The position numbers were made by a program, and so were the translations under genes. 32,000 bases of DNA, from assembly GCF_018398935.1 (NCBI RefSeq), contig NZ_CP074694.1:4230001-4262000 (forward strand), in the 5' to 3' direction. This stretch comes from Telmatocola sphagniphila (GTDB taxonomy: Bacteria > Planctomycetota > Planctomycetia > Gemmatales > Gemmataceae). Position 1 is the stretch's first letter; the number at the start of each line of letters is the position of its first letter. The notes under the pieces are model-generated. The model was given only the letters and a program-made list of their open reading frames with translations, was not told the origin of the DNA and did no database searches. Positions 16,752 to 25,670 of the stretch are shown here, piece after piece.

Positions 16752-18500
16752 TCAGGGGGTGCCCGGCGGCATGTACAACTTGGTGCCCACCGGCAATTCC
16801 GAACTTTCGTTCACCGAAATATTGTACTTCTTGATCGACTGCCAGGCGCTTTCGTTCCCGAGCACGCGACGGGCGATATCTTTCAAAGTTTCGCCGTTGC
16901 CCTGCACGGTATAAACCCGCAAGCTGGCGAAAGGATCATTTGAGTTGGACTTCTCGTCCCGATTGTCCACGCTCGGCGGAGGAGACAGATCGCGACGATC
17001 AGAAGCCGGAGTAGTCAGGGAAGTCGTCTTGATGTTGCTCACGGGTACGAACTTGCCGTGGTTCTGCTCCAGCACCCAGATCGGCGGAATTCGCAGTTTC
17101 TTGCGATCGCTGGAAGGATTCGCCTCGTTGTAAGCCTGCAGGGCTTTCGCATACGAAGCGTCGTCATAGTACTTTTTGCTGATCGCGGCATAACTGTCAT
17201 CGGCTTTGATATCGTGCCAATCTTCGTCGTAATCGCGATTGGTGGAACGGGTGGCCGATGAAGTCGGTACGGTCCCCGGTTCGCGATTTTCCATGGTCCG
17301 GGCTGGAACCTTGATCGTAGTGCGACTCGGCTCCGGCTTGATCTCGCTGCTCTCCATCTTGATGTCGATCGGCTTATTCAGATTCGAGGGAGTCGGCTGC
17401 AGCTCGGTATTTTTCGGGATTGATTTAATAGTGCCGCTACCACCATCCAGTGGTGTCGTATCCAGCGATTTCCAGCCGTTACTGCGGGAATCTTTTTTAG
17501 GTGATGTTTCAGGAGCGTCATCTCCCAATTTCGGTATATCCACTTTGGGAATGTCCAATTTTGGGATATCCTGTTTCGACAGTTCCGGACTCGACTTACT
17601 GGTTTTGTCGATCGGCGGAAGTTCAGGTGAAGAACCTCCCAAAGGAGGCAATTCCGGTTTCTTATCGAGACCGTTGTTCTCAGGCGACTTAGGAATCGCC
17701 AAAGCGCTGGTGTTAATTGGAGGCAAACCAGGTTCTTTGATGGAATCCGCGGAAGGAATCGTCAGTGGGGCCAGGTCTTTCGGGGGAGTGATATCCGTAG
17801 GCTTCTTCGTGTTCTCATCTCCGCCCCCCGGCAACTTTATGTCCGGGAGCTTGGGTTCTTTTACCGGTGGATCAATCGGCTTGATCGGCTCATCAAACGA
17901 TACCGGTTTGATCAGATTCATTTTCGGCGATTTGCTGAAATCGTCATTCCCCGGCGTCAGCGGAGGCAGAGTCGACACGCTCGGTTCGAGCGTACTACCC
18001 TCGGTGGGTCTTAGGTTCAAAGATTTGGATTCGGGAAGATCATTCGGCTTTGAAGCGGGAAGGGTCGGCTCGGGAAGATTGACCGGCTTCAAATCCGGAA
18101 AATTCAGCGAGGGCGTTTCCAACTCCGAGGGTTTCTTAACTTCCGGCTCCGGCATCTTGGGTATATGACTCAGGTCGATCTTGATTTCGCCGGGGTTCTC
18201 CGGGAACGGCTCGACCGGAGCTTCTTTGACCGGTTTGACTTCTTCCAGCTTGGCCAGCGTCTGGTTGGGCTTTTCGTTGGTGAAGTTCGCACTTTTCGAG
18301 AGCTGCTTCACACCGAAAATGCCGCCCACCATGACGGCAAAGGAACCGGCCACCGCCAAACCCAAACGTGTTTCACGGGCCAGACCCCCACTCGCCGGAG
18401 TCGATTCCGGGGCCTCGCTGGTCGGCTTGGCTGCGGGCTTCATTTCCACCGATTTAAGATCAATCGGTTTCATTTCTATCGGTTTGTTATCGCCAGCCAT
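16752..18500 (-). CDS. Single-pass membrane protein with a long Pro-rich low-complexity region and two C-terminal LysM-like domains
   Basis: The TM segment is LGLAVAGSFAVMVGGIFGV. About 350 aa are P/K/E/S-rich. There is a LysM-like WHDIKADDSYAAISKKYY..AYNEAN..LRIPP and a clear C-terminal LysM, YTVQGNGETLKDIARRVLGNESAWQSIKKYN...LPVGTKLYMP. I chose ATG 18500 (AGGAG 8 nt upstream) over GTG 18524. Confidence 0.8.
   Translation of the reverse strand: MAGDNKPIEMKPIDLKSVEMKPAAKPTSEAPESTPASGGLARETRLGLAVAGSFAVMVGGIFGVKQLSKSANFTNEKPNQTLAKLEEVKPVKEAPVEPFPENPGEIKIDLSHIPKMPEPEVKKPSELETPSLNFPDLKPVNLPEPTLPASKPNDLPESKSLNLRPTEGSTLEPSVSTLPPLTPGNDDFSKSPKMNLIKPVSFDEPIKPIDPPVKEPKLPDIKLPGGGDENTKKPTDITPPKDLAPLTIPSADSIKEPGLPPINTSALAIPKSPENNGLDKKPELPPLGGSSPELPPIDKTSKSSPELSKQDIPKLDIPKVDIPKLGDDAPETSPKKDSRSNGWKSLDTTPLDGGSGTIKSIPKNTELQPTPSNLNKPIDIKMESSEIKPEPSRTTIKVPARTMENREPGTVPTSSATRSTNRDYDEDWHDIKADDSYAAISKKYYDDASYAKALQAYNEANPSSDRKKLRIPPIWVLEQNHGKFVPVSNIKTTSLTTPASDRRDLSPPPSVDNRDEKSNSNDPFASLRVYTVQGNGETLKDIARRVLGNESAWQSIKKYNISVNESSELPVGTKLYMPPGTP
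17526..17570 (-). repeat. In-frame tandem repeat of 15 nt x3, encoding DIPK(L/V) x3, inside the LysM protein gene
   Basis: On the minus strand, gatatcccaaaattg / gacattcccaaagtg / gatataccgaaattg encodes DIPKL DIPKV DIPKL. Confidence 0.85.
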
Positions 18501-18538
18501 TTGAGATCTCCTATCTCGACGCACAGAGGTCCACTCTG

Positions 18539-19405
18539 CTATGCTTTTCTTCTTACCACTCTGAGTTTAGCGCTTCGGGAACGCGGGTTATCCCGGCATT
18601 CCTCTTCGCCCGCCTGCACCGGTTTTCGGGTCAGGGACTCCCAGATATCCTTGTCGGCGAAGGCCTGCTTGACCGGCCGATCTTCGAGCGAGTGGAAGCT
18701 GATAATTCCCACTCGTCCCCCGGGTGCAATTCGCCGGGGCAAAATCCGCAACAGATTTTCCAGTACCGCCAGTTCTTCATTCACCGCAATTCGCAGAGCC
18801 TGAAAAACTCGGGTGGCCGGGTCTATTCGCTGGCCGGGCGATCGCGGAACGCATCTTCGAACCAGTTCCGCCAGTTGCTCCGTCGTTTCGAATTTCCGAA
18901 CAGCTCGCTGTTCGACAATTCTGCGCGCCACTCGCCGACTGAGCCGTTCTTCCCCGTAGTGGTAGAAAATGTCGGCCAGTTCCTCTTCTTCCAGTCGATT
19001 CACCAGATCGGCCGCCGGGCGACCGGTGGTTGTATCGAGCCTCATGTCGAGCGGCCCGTTTTTCTGGAAACTCAAGCCGCGCTGGGGATCGTCCAGTTGC
19101 TCGGAGCAAATGCCCAAATCGGCGAGAAGGCCGTTCACTTTTTCTAATTTCAACTCTTCCAGCACGGCTTCGAACTGGTCGAAGTTAGCGTGGAAAAAGC
19201 GGACCGGCAGATCTTTTAAATTCTCTTTCGCCAAGGCCAGCATGCTCGGATCCTGATCCAGGGCAATCAGCATCCCGCCCGGCAGCAATTTTTCCGCGAT
19301 CAGCCGGCTATGCCCACCCAGCCCCGCCGTGGCATCGATCCAGACTTCCCCGCTTGCCGGGGCCAGCAGTTCCAGAGTTTCAATCGGCAGGACGGACCTG
19401 TGCAT
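18539..19405 (-). CDS. rsmH: 16S rRNA (cytosine1402-N4)-methyltransferase RsmH (MraW)
   Basis: MHRSVLPIETLELL...DATAGLGGHSRLIAEKL, FHANF, DLGICSEQLDDPQRGFSF-like (GLSFQKNGPLDMRLD), ISFHSLEDRPVK and NPRSRSAKLR are all canonical RsmH motifs. Confidence 0.9.
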   Translation of the reverse strand: MHRSVLPIETLELLAPASGEVWIDATAGLGGHSRLIAEKLLPGGMLIALDQDPSMLALAKENLKDLPVRFFHANFDQFEAVLEELKLEKVNGLLADLGICSEQLDDPQRGLSFQKNGPLDMRLDTTTGRPAADLVNRLEEEELADIFYHYGEERLSRRVARRIVEQRAVRKFETTEQLAELVRRCVPRSPGQRIDPATRVFQALRIAVNEELAVLENLLRILPRRIAPGGRVGIISFHSLEDRPVKQAFADKDIWESLTRKPVQAGEEECRDNPRSRSAKLRVVRRKA

Positions 19406-19563
19406 AGAACGACCATCGGTGATAAGTCAAAATTTCAAACCGGTCAAGAGCGACTTGGCTATCATCCCCGGCGGGGAAAATAAAACAAGGGCGCGAAGAT
19501 GGATCATTGGGGTAGATTCGAAGCGCTTTGGACGGTTGGGTAGCCGGCTGTACAATAACAATT

Positions 19564-19938
19564 ATGAAACTGAACTTCGAAAAAGCGGGCGGACTGGTCT
19601 CGGCTATTGCTCAGGATGCGGATACGGGTACGGTCCTGATGATCGCCTGGATGAACGAGGAAGCGTTCGAGGAAACTGTAAAAACGGGTCGAGCAGTTTA
19701 CTTCAGCCGAAGCCGGAATCGGCTTTGGCGTAAAGGCGAAGAGAGCGGCCATTATCAGGAAGTCCGCGAGATTTTCGTCGATTGCGATTTGGATGCCGTG
19801 CTGCTGAAAGTCACCCAAAAAGGGGGCGCGGCCTGTCACGAAGGCTACGAAAGCTGTTTCTTTCGGCGCGTGGCGGGTGACGGGTTGCAAATTGTCGGCG
19901 AGAAAATCTTCGACCCGTCCGAAGTTTACAACCGCTAG
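19564..19938 (+). CDS. hisI: Phosphoribosyl-AMP cyclohydrolase (monofunctional HisI)
   Basis: [69 protein letters not shown]...[13 protein letters not shown] matches HisI. I prefer ATG 19564 (MKLNFEK) over ORF start 19528. Confidence 0.88.
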   Translation: MKLNFEKAGGLVSAIAQDADTGTVLMIAWMNEEAFEETVKTGRAVYFSRSRNRLWRKGEESGHYQEVREIFVDCDLDAVLLKVTQKGGAACHEGYESCFFRRVAGDGLQIVGEKIFDPSEVYNR

Positions 19939-19939
19939 A

Positions 19940-20566
19940 TCAACCTTCGATGCTTAAATCGCTGCCCCAGGAAGTCGGCTGCATAATCACTTTGCCGATT
20001 TTCGTGGCCTCTGCACTCCACAAGGCCATACCCACCAGATAGTTGATGCCGCCGATTTTCACCGGTCCGGCGATCCGAATCCACTTGGACTTGGCTTTAT
20101 CCGCATCGGGCGATGCGACCAACCGGTGGAAAGTCGGTGCGAATCCGTCGATAGACAACTGGGTCGGCCAGACCTTGATGCGCGGCTTATCGCTTTTGAC
20201 GACCGATTGTAATCCTCTCAACAGATCGCCCATGAGATTAGGCACATCCTGGGCGGTAATCGTCTGCTTCTGCTTACCTTGCGGAGCTACGACGATTAAC
20301 CGGATGCGGGTTTCCAGGCCGTTGAAAATCAGCGTTCGCTGTCCCGCGGCGGGCGGAGGCGGAAACTCTTTGAGATTCTCTCTAAGTCCGGATTCCAGAT
20401 CGGGAGGAGTTCTCGGACCGCCAAAAAATTTGACGAGGACGACGATTACCAAAATGACCGCGACTGCAATTCCGATATATGTCAAATATTCCGGGTCCTG
20501 GGCAGCGCTCTCCAACTTTTTGGCGACCTGGTCCACTTGCTGTGCGAACAGCATTGTTTGCTCCAA
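19940..20566 (-). CDS. Hypothetical single-pass membrane protein
   Basis: This 208-aa ORF has one TM segment (YIGIAVAVILVIVVLV) and a Pro-rich hinge, with no motif I recognise. The opposite-strand ORF (20043..20573) looks like a shadow. Confidence 0.55.
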   Translation of the reverse strand: MEQTMLFAQQVDQVAKKLESAAQDPEYLTYIGIAVAVILVIVVLVKFFGGPRTPPDLESGLRENLKEFPPPPAAGQRTLIFNGLETRIRLIVVAPQGKQKQTITAQDVPNLMGDLLRGLQSVVKSDKPRIKVWPTQLSIDGFAPTFHRLVASPDADKAKSKWIRIAGPVKIGGINYLVGMALWSAEATKIGKVIMQPTSWGSDLSIEG

Positions 20567-20640
20567 TAATTGAATAGAATCATCTCCAAGGTTAGTTTCT
20601 AAACTGATTCGATAAGTAGCAAGACGAAAAAGGATTCGAC

Positions 20641-21672
20641 ATGCTTTCCTTCCTGTTTACCCTGTCGTTGCTGTTGCAACCGCCTGCCAGCCCGGATTTA
20701 GACTGGAAAAAGGCGGAAGCGGCCCATCTGAAGAATATCAAACAACTGACCTCCGATTTCGTACGCGCGGGGGAAGGTTACTTCAGTCCCGATGGCAAAC
20801 AGATCATTTATCAGGCCGAGGAGAAAGGCACCGGAAATCCTTTCTATCAGATCTTCATTCAGGATCTGGAGAGCGGGCGCTATCGGAAAATCTCCCCCGG
20901 GCAGGGACGGACCACCTGCGCATTCTTTCGACCAGATGGGAAGAAAATCATTTTCGCCAGCAGCCATACCGATCCGGAAGTCAAGAAAACGCAAGAGGAA
21001 GAATTCAAACGGCGCGAAGAAGACGCCAAGACCGGTCGACGCCGTCGCTATTCCTGGGATTTCGATCCTTATATGCAGATTTACGAAGCCGATTTGGACG
21101 GTACCAAACTCAAGAACCTGACTAACAGCAAGGGCTACAACGCCGAAGGTTCCTACAGTTCGGATGGCAAACATATTGTGTTCTGTTCCAACCGCGATGG
21201 GCACCTGAACCTGTACATCATGGATGCCGATGGAGGCAACGTTCGCAAGTTGACCAACACGCCGAACTGCTACAACGGTGGTCCGTTCTTCAGCCCGGAT
21301 GGCAAAAAAGTGATTTTCCGGAGCGATCGCAAAGAAAAAGATCGGCTGCAACTGTATGTGATCAATTCGGATGGTACCGGCGAAAAAGCGTTGACCAACA
21401 ACGACAAATGGGTTTACTGGGCTCCCTACTGGTACAAAGACGGCCAGCATATCATCTACACGGCGGCCGATCATTCCGATGAGACGAAGCGACCGAACTA
21501 CGATATTTACTGGATGAATATCGAAACGGGCAAAACCACCCGGCTGACTTATGCACCGGGTCAGGACGTATTGCCTGTTTTCAGTCCCGATTGCACGAAG
21601 ATCTTGTGGACGAGCAGTCGGGATGGCCGCAGCCCGACGCAGTTGTACATCGCCGATTTCGTGAAACCGTAA
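20641..21672 (+). CDS. TolB-like / PD40 (WD40-like) beta-propeller repeat protein, secreted
   Basis: The signal-like N-terminus is MLSFLFTLSLLLQPPA. PD40-type blades recur: FSPDGKQIIYQ, FRPDGKKIIFAS, YSSDGKHIVFCSNRDGHLNLYIMDADGGNVRKLT, FFSPDGKKVIFRSDR, LYVINSDGTGEKALT and FSPDCTKILWTSSRDG. Confidence 0.8.
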   Translation: MLSFLFTLSLLLQPPASPDLDWKKAEAAHLKNIKQLTSDFVRAGEGYFSPDGKQIIYQAEEKGTGNPFYQIFIQDLESGRYRKISPGQGRTTCAFFRPDGKKIIFASSHTDPEVKKTQEEEFKRREEDAKTGRRRRYSWDFDPYMQIYEADLDGTKLKNLTNSKGYNAEGSYSSDGKHIVFCSNRDGHLNLYIMDADGGNVRKLTNTPNCYNGGPFFSPDGKKVIFRSDRKEKDRLQLYVINSDGTGEKALTNNDKWVYWAPYWYKDGQHIIYTAADHSDETKRPNYDIYWMNIETGKTTRLTYAPGQDVLPVFSPDCTKILWTSSRDGRSPTQLYIADFVKP

Positions 21673-21749
21673 ATTTTACTTAGAGACTCTGCCAGAAGGG
21701 GTGTATTTGACCCATTCTTCAGGCATTACTTGCCATTTCGATCATTCTA

Positions 21750-22841
21750 TCACAGCTTCTTAGAACCAAAGCAGAAAACGGTTCCCTTGTCCGTGCCGAG
21801 TAGGATTTTTCCGTCGGAGTACGCCGGGGAGCCGATAATGGCCCCGTCCAAATCGAATTGCTGCAGTTTGGTCCCTTTCAAATCCAGCACGTAGAAAGTT
21901 CGATCCAGGGACCCGATGAAAATCTTGTCCCCCACAATGATGGGGGAAGAATCAACGCGATTATCTGTCAAAAAATCCCAAACAGCCTCGCCTTTTCTGC
22001 GGTCGATGGCGTAAAGCTTCTTATCCCGGCTGCCGACGATTACCAGAGAATCAGTCACGGCGGCCGAGGAGTAGAATGCCTGCTGTCGTCTGGGTGCTGC
22101 GAATCGCCAGTTGATTTTCTCCTTTTTCAAATCCACTGCAATCACTTCGTTATTCATCGTGCCGACAAAGAGCTCTTCGCCTGAAATCGCGGCCGTAGCA
22201 CCACAGGGACCGCCGAGATCGATGGCTGCTTTTTCTGCGCCAGTTTCGATCTCAATAATGTGCAGATTATTATCGCAGCCCGCGACAAACGTGCGATTGC
22301 CGACGACGGAGGGCACTCCATTGACCGGACCATTCGCTTTAAATTCCCACTTCTTCTTGCCGTTCGCTTCGAGGCAGTAGAGAGTTTCATCGTGCGAACC
22401 AATGAGAATGAGGTCTTTATAAAAATTGGCCCCGCCGGTGATTTCGCCATTGGTCTCAAAGGTCCAGATTTTGTTACCGGTTTTCAATTCGAGACAGTAG
22501 AGTTTCCCATCGACATCGCCGACGTAGATCCGATCTCCCTTGATACTTGGGGAGGATTTGATCGGCCCGAGTTTCACTTTCCACTTCAGATTGCCGGTCT
22601 TGATATCGATCGCATGCAAGTGTTCGTCGTAGGAGCCAACGTACGCCACCCCCTCGACGATGGCGGGTGCCCCTTCGATGGAATCTTTCGTACTGTATTT
22701 CCAAAGTTGCTCGAGTTTATCCGGGGACTTTTCCAGACGAATGCCGTCCTGCGCGGCGTCCCCTCGAAAAATGGGCCAGTCACTAACGTACTGAGAGTTC
22801 AATCCGGTAAGAAAAACCAGAAGCGAAAGCGGAGACATCAT
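21750..22841 (-). CDS. PQQ-like (BamB-type) beta-propeller repeat protein, secreted
   Basis: The signal peptide is MMSPLSLLVFLTGL. Blades repeat in the form G.VYVGS.D..L.A.D..TG...W: VAYVGSYDEHLHAIDIKTGNLKW, RIYVGDVDGKLYCLELKTGNKIW, LILIGSHDETLYCLEANGKKKW, LVIVGSRDKKLYAIDRRKGEAVW. Confidence 0.8.
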   Translation of the reverse strand: MMSPLSLLVFLTGLNSQYVSDWPIFRGDAAQDGIRLEKSPDKLEQLWKYSTKDSIEGAPAIVEGVAYVGSYDEHLHAIDIKTGNLKWKVKLGPIKSSPSIKGDRIYVGDVDGKLYCLELKTGNKIWTFETNGEITGGANFYKDLILIGSHDETLYCLEANGKKKWEFKANGPVNGVPSVVGNRTFVAGCDNNLHIIEIETGAEKAAIDLGGPCGATAAISGEELFVGTMNNEVIAVDLKKEKINWRFAAPRRQQAFYSSAAVTDSLVIVGSRDKKLYAIDRRKGEAVWDFLTDNRVDSSPIIVGDKIFIGSLDRTFYVLDLKGTKLQQFDLDGAIIGSPAYSDGKILLGTDKGTVFCFGSKKL

Positions 22842-22923
22842 GTTGCGGCATCCCCAAGGAGAAAAATTTCAGGCTTTTCTCATTGTAGGCTTCAGGACAG
22901 CACGGCAGACAGAAAAGCCCGAC

Positions 22924-23613
22924 TCAGCTCTTGCGAGCCGGCGACACGTCCGCCGTCTGAGCCCCTTGCCAGGCTTCGATGGTTCCAATCGGAAGCCAGA
23001 ATTTGGCCTCGACGATGTGAAACGGAGCCTGCGCGGCCAGCGTGCTCACGGCATCGGTGATTTCATACTCTCCGCGGGGAGACAGCGGCAGTTCGATGTT
23101 AAAAACGCTTCTGGGAAATAGATAAGCTCCGATATTCGCAAGATGTCGGCCTTCGAGATTCGGTTTTTCAATCAGATTCGCCAGCGTGCCATCCGCTCGA
23201 GGAAAAACGATGCCAAATTTTTTCGGTTCGTCGACCGGATAGGTCATGATCCCGGCGGATTTGGATGCCAGTTTCGAGAGATCTTCGACCCCGTAAAGAT
23301 CGTCGCCGTTGAGTACGAGCAAGCGGTCGCTCCCAATCTCTTTCTTGCAGGACATAAGCGCATCGCCCGTACCACGCGGGACCGGTTGCCGAACCGTGAC
23401 CCAATTCTTCACGTGTTGCTGTTGCTTCAGATAATCTTCCACCTGCTCGGCCAGATAATTAACTACCACGACCAGCCGATCGACGGGAGGAAGTGCGCCG
23501 ATGATCCAATCGAGGATAGGCCGTCCCTGGACTGCCAGAAGGGGTTTGGGAGTTTTCTCCGTATGGGGGCGTAGACGGGTACCAAATCCCGCAGCCAGAA
23601 TGATAGCGTCCAT
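22924..23613 (-). CDS. Sugar-phosphate nucleotidyltransferase (NTP_transferase family)
   Basis: MDAIILAAGFGTRLRPHTEKTPKPLLAVQGRPILDWII, GTGDAL and LVLNGDDLY match the family. I prefer ATG 23613; the ORF-track start at 23625 is TTG. Confidence 0.8.
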   Translation of the reverse strand: MDAIILAAGFGTRLRPHTEKTPKPLLAVQGRPILDWIIGALPPVDRLVVVVNYLAEQVEDYLKQQQHVKNWVTVRQPVPRGTGDALMSCKKEIGSDRLLVLNGDDLYGVEDLSKLASKSAGIMTYPVDEPKKFGIVFPRADGTLANLIEKPNLEGRHLANIGAYLFPRSVFNIELPLSPRGEYEITDAVSTLAAQAPFHIVEAKFWLPIGTIEAWQGAQTADVSPARKS

Positions 23614-23843
23614 GAAGTCACTCAATTTCGAAGTAGGAAGAAATTGATTTTAGCATGGTATGGGATTCGAGGTAAAAATGAGGGTGTTAATTTGCGGTAA
23701 TGGCGTAAATTTTTTCGGCGAAAACTAGGTGGTGACTTTCCAGAGATAGCGATAGTAACGGGAATATAGTCAAGCCAGCGTTTCGGAATAGTCGATAAAT
23801 CCGCTACGAAAGAGATAATGCGAGTTATCACGGAGAGGATCTC

Positions 23844-24086
23844 ATGCGACGAATCATAGCACTGCTCGGCGTTTGTGGCGCCATTCTGGTGAACCAAGGT
23901 TGCAGCCATGTCGGGGGTAAATGCGACTGCGGACCTGATCCGGTTCCAGGTAGCTGCAACTACTACAACACGAATGTAACGGGCGGGGCAAATATTGTCG
24001 CTCCGGCCAGTATCACGCCGGCCCCGGCTAAAGCGACTCCTAGCGGGTATGAGGAAATTCTTCCTCCCAAAGATCTGAACAAGTAA
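23844..24086 (+). CDS. Small Cys-rich lipoprotein, hypothetical
   Basis: A GGAGAGGA Shine-Dalgarno lies just upstream of ATG 23844. MRRIIALLGVCGAILVNQGC is a signal peptide with a lipobox-like Cys. The product is 80 aa. Confidence 0.5.
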   Translation: MRRIIALLGVCGAILVNQGCSHVGGKCDCGPDPVPGSCNYYNTNVTGGANIVAPASITPAPAKATPSGYEEILPPKDLNK

Positions 24087-24164
24087 CGGACCTGAAATAA
24101 AAAGGGCCCGCATCCCAACTGGGTAGTTGGAGATACGAGCCTTAGGTTTCCAGGAAAGTTCTTA

Positions 24165-25670
24165 TTATTTCTTTTCTTCCGGCTTCGTATCGGCCTTATT
24201 TTCGCCGCGCGAAGGCGGTAGATAACCGTAGTCGACTGGTTCCTGACGTTCGGGGATACGGACCCCCATGAAGTTCAGGAACTTGCGAGCTTCCACCACC
24301 TGCACGCCCGCATCCCGGGCTGCAGTCTTCATTTCCCCCATCTTACTCGTGATTTCCAGATAAGTTGCGAAGCGGGGATCTTTGACATTCACTGAATCCG
24401 AACCACTGTCCGGAGCCTTGGCATCCGGGCCGATGATGAGGAACTTGGTGTTGAGATTGATTCCAGGACCCTTGATTTCCCGGGTCTTCAGGTCGAGGTA
24501 GGAATCGACGATTACGCCCATACCTTCGAGCATGCGAATGAATTCTTCATTGGAATCGTGACCCAAACCATGCAGGTCGATCGCGCCCGTGAAGGCCACA
24601 TGAATTCGTTCGTTGGCGGACCAGGCTGGGTTGTACAACTCATCCTTGCCGGTGATCGGATTCCGGATCGGTTCAACCTGATTCAGAATCTTGGCTCGCG
24701 AGGAGAAAGCATCGAGCACTTCCACCACTTCGACTCGGCCCTTGATCAGCTTTTCTTTTTCCTTGTTATCCCGCCAGGTTACCCCCTGGGGCAGAACGGC
24801 AAAGGTCGTATTCGGGCGGACGTTGACTGCGGAACCGAGATTGATGATCACAAAGTCGCCATCGACTCGGGTGATGGAGCCTTTTTTCATATCGTTCTTA
24901 ATCAGATCCGGACCGTCGAAGCTCCGCTCGGCAATGAGTTTTTTGTTGAGTTTCAGGAACTCATCCCGTTTTTTAGCTGCCGTTTCCAGATCACGCTGCA
25001 CCTGATCTTTCTCGTCTTTCAGGGCGTTCATCCCGGTGCTGAACTCTTTTCCCTGCTGATCCAGTCCTGAGGCGAATTTCTTGAATTCGGTTTCGTAGCG
25101 AGTGTTCAAGTCGCCGAACTTCTTATTCAGGTCGGCAATGTTCCTGTTGAATTGATCTTCGGCGGCTTTTTGCAAATCCTGAGCTTTAGCGGCGTTATCG
25201 CGTGCCTGCTTGGCATCATTCTTGGCCATTTCCTCGGCCTTCCGGGCATTCGTCAAATCTTTGGCAGAGTTATCGAGGAGTTGCAACATGCTGGCTGCGG
25301 GAGCGGCGGCGGGAGCATCCGAACCAGCGATATTATCCCAGTGGAAGCGATCTCCCAATTTGCCCTTGATGATATTCAGTTCATCGACGACATCTTTTTT
25401 GCGATTACCGAGCAAGCCTTCGAAATCGGATCGATCCTTGGCTTCTTCCACGCCGATGGCCATGCGGGCCGCCAGAAGGCGAGCATGCTGCTCTTCCACT
25501 TCGACTTGAGCCGTGGCCAACTTCTTCGTGGCTTCATCCTTCGCTTTGGTCAGGTTTTCCTGTTCCGAGTAACCAAAGTAGGTCAATGCCCCCAAGATGA
25601 GGGACAGAATGACGAAAAACACCAGAGTGATAATCAATCCCTGGCCAGCCCCCTCTTTTTTCTTCGCCAT
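24165..25670 (-). CDS. Membrane-anchored coiled-coil protein, hypothetical
   Basis: The N-terminus is MAKKKEGAGQG followed by a TM segment (LIITLVFFVILSLILGALTYFGY). About 230 aa are heptad-like and K/E/A/D/Q-rich. Next comes a beta-rich segment (GSITRVDGDFVIINLGSAVNVRPNTTFAVLP ... GRVEVVEVL) and then an alpha/beta C-terminal domain. Confidence 0.7.
   Translation of the reverse strand: MAKKKEGAGQGLIITLVFFVILSLILGALTYFGYSEQENLTKAKDEATKKLATAQVEVEEQHARLLAARMAIGVEEAKDRSDFEGLLGNRKKDVVDELNIIKGKLGDRFHWDNIAGSDAPAAAPAASMLQLLDNSAKDLTNARKAEEMAKNDAKQARDNAAKAQDLQKAAEDQFNRNIADLNKKFGDLNTRYETEFKKFASGLDQQGKEFSTGMNALKDEKDQVQRDLETAAKKRDEFLKLNKKLIAERSFDGPDLIKNDMKKGSITRVDGDFVIINLGSAVNVRPNTTFAVLPQGVTWRDNKEKEKLIKGRVEVVEVLDAFSSRAKILNQVEPIRNPITGKDELYNPAWSANERIHVAFTGAIDLHGLGHDSNEEFIRMLEGMGVIVDSYLDLKTREIKGPGINLNTKFLIIGPDAKAPDSGSDSVNVKDPRFATYLEITSKMGEMKTAARDAGVQVVEARKFLNFMGVRIPERQEPVDYGYLPPSRGENKADTKPEEKK

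Noticed and set aside
17239-18168. A 309-aa Gly/Ser-rich plus-strand ORF.
   Set aside because: It is the antisense shadow of the Pro-rich spacer of the LysM protein, where CCN codons read as NGG on the other strand. It has no start context and no motifs.
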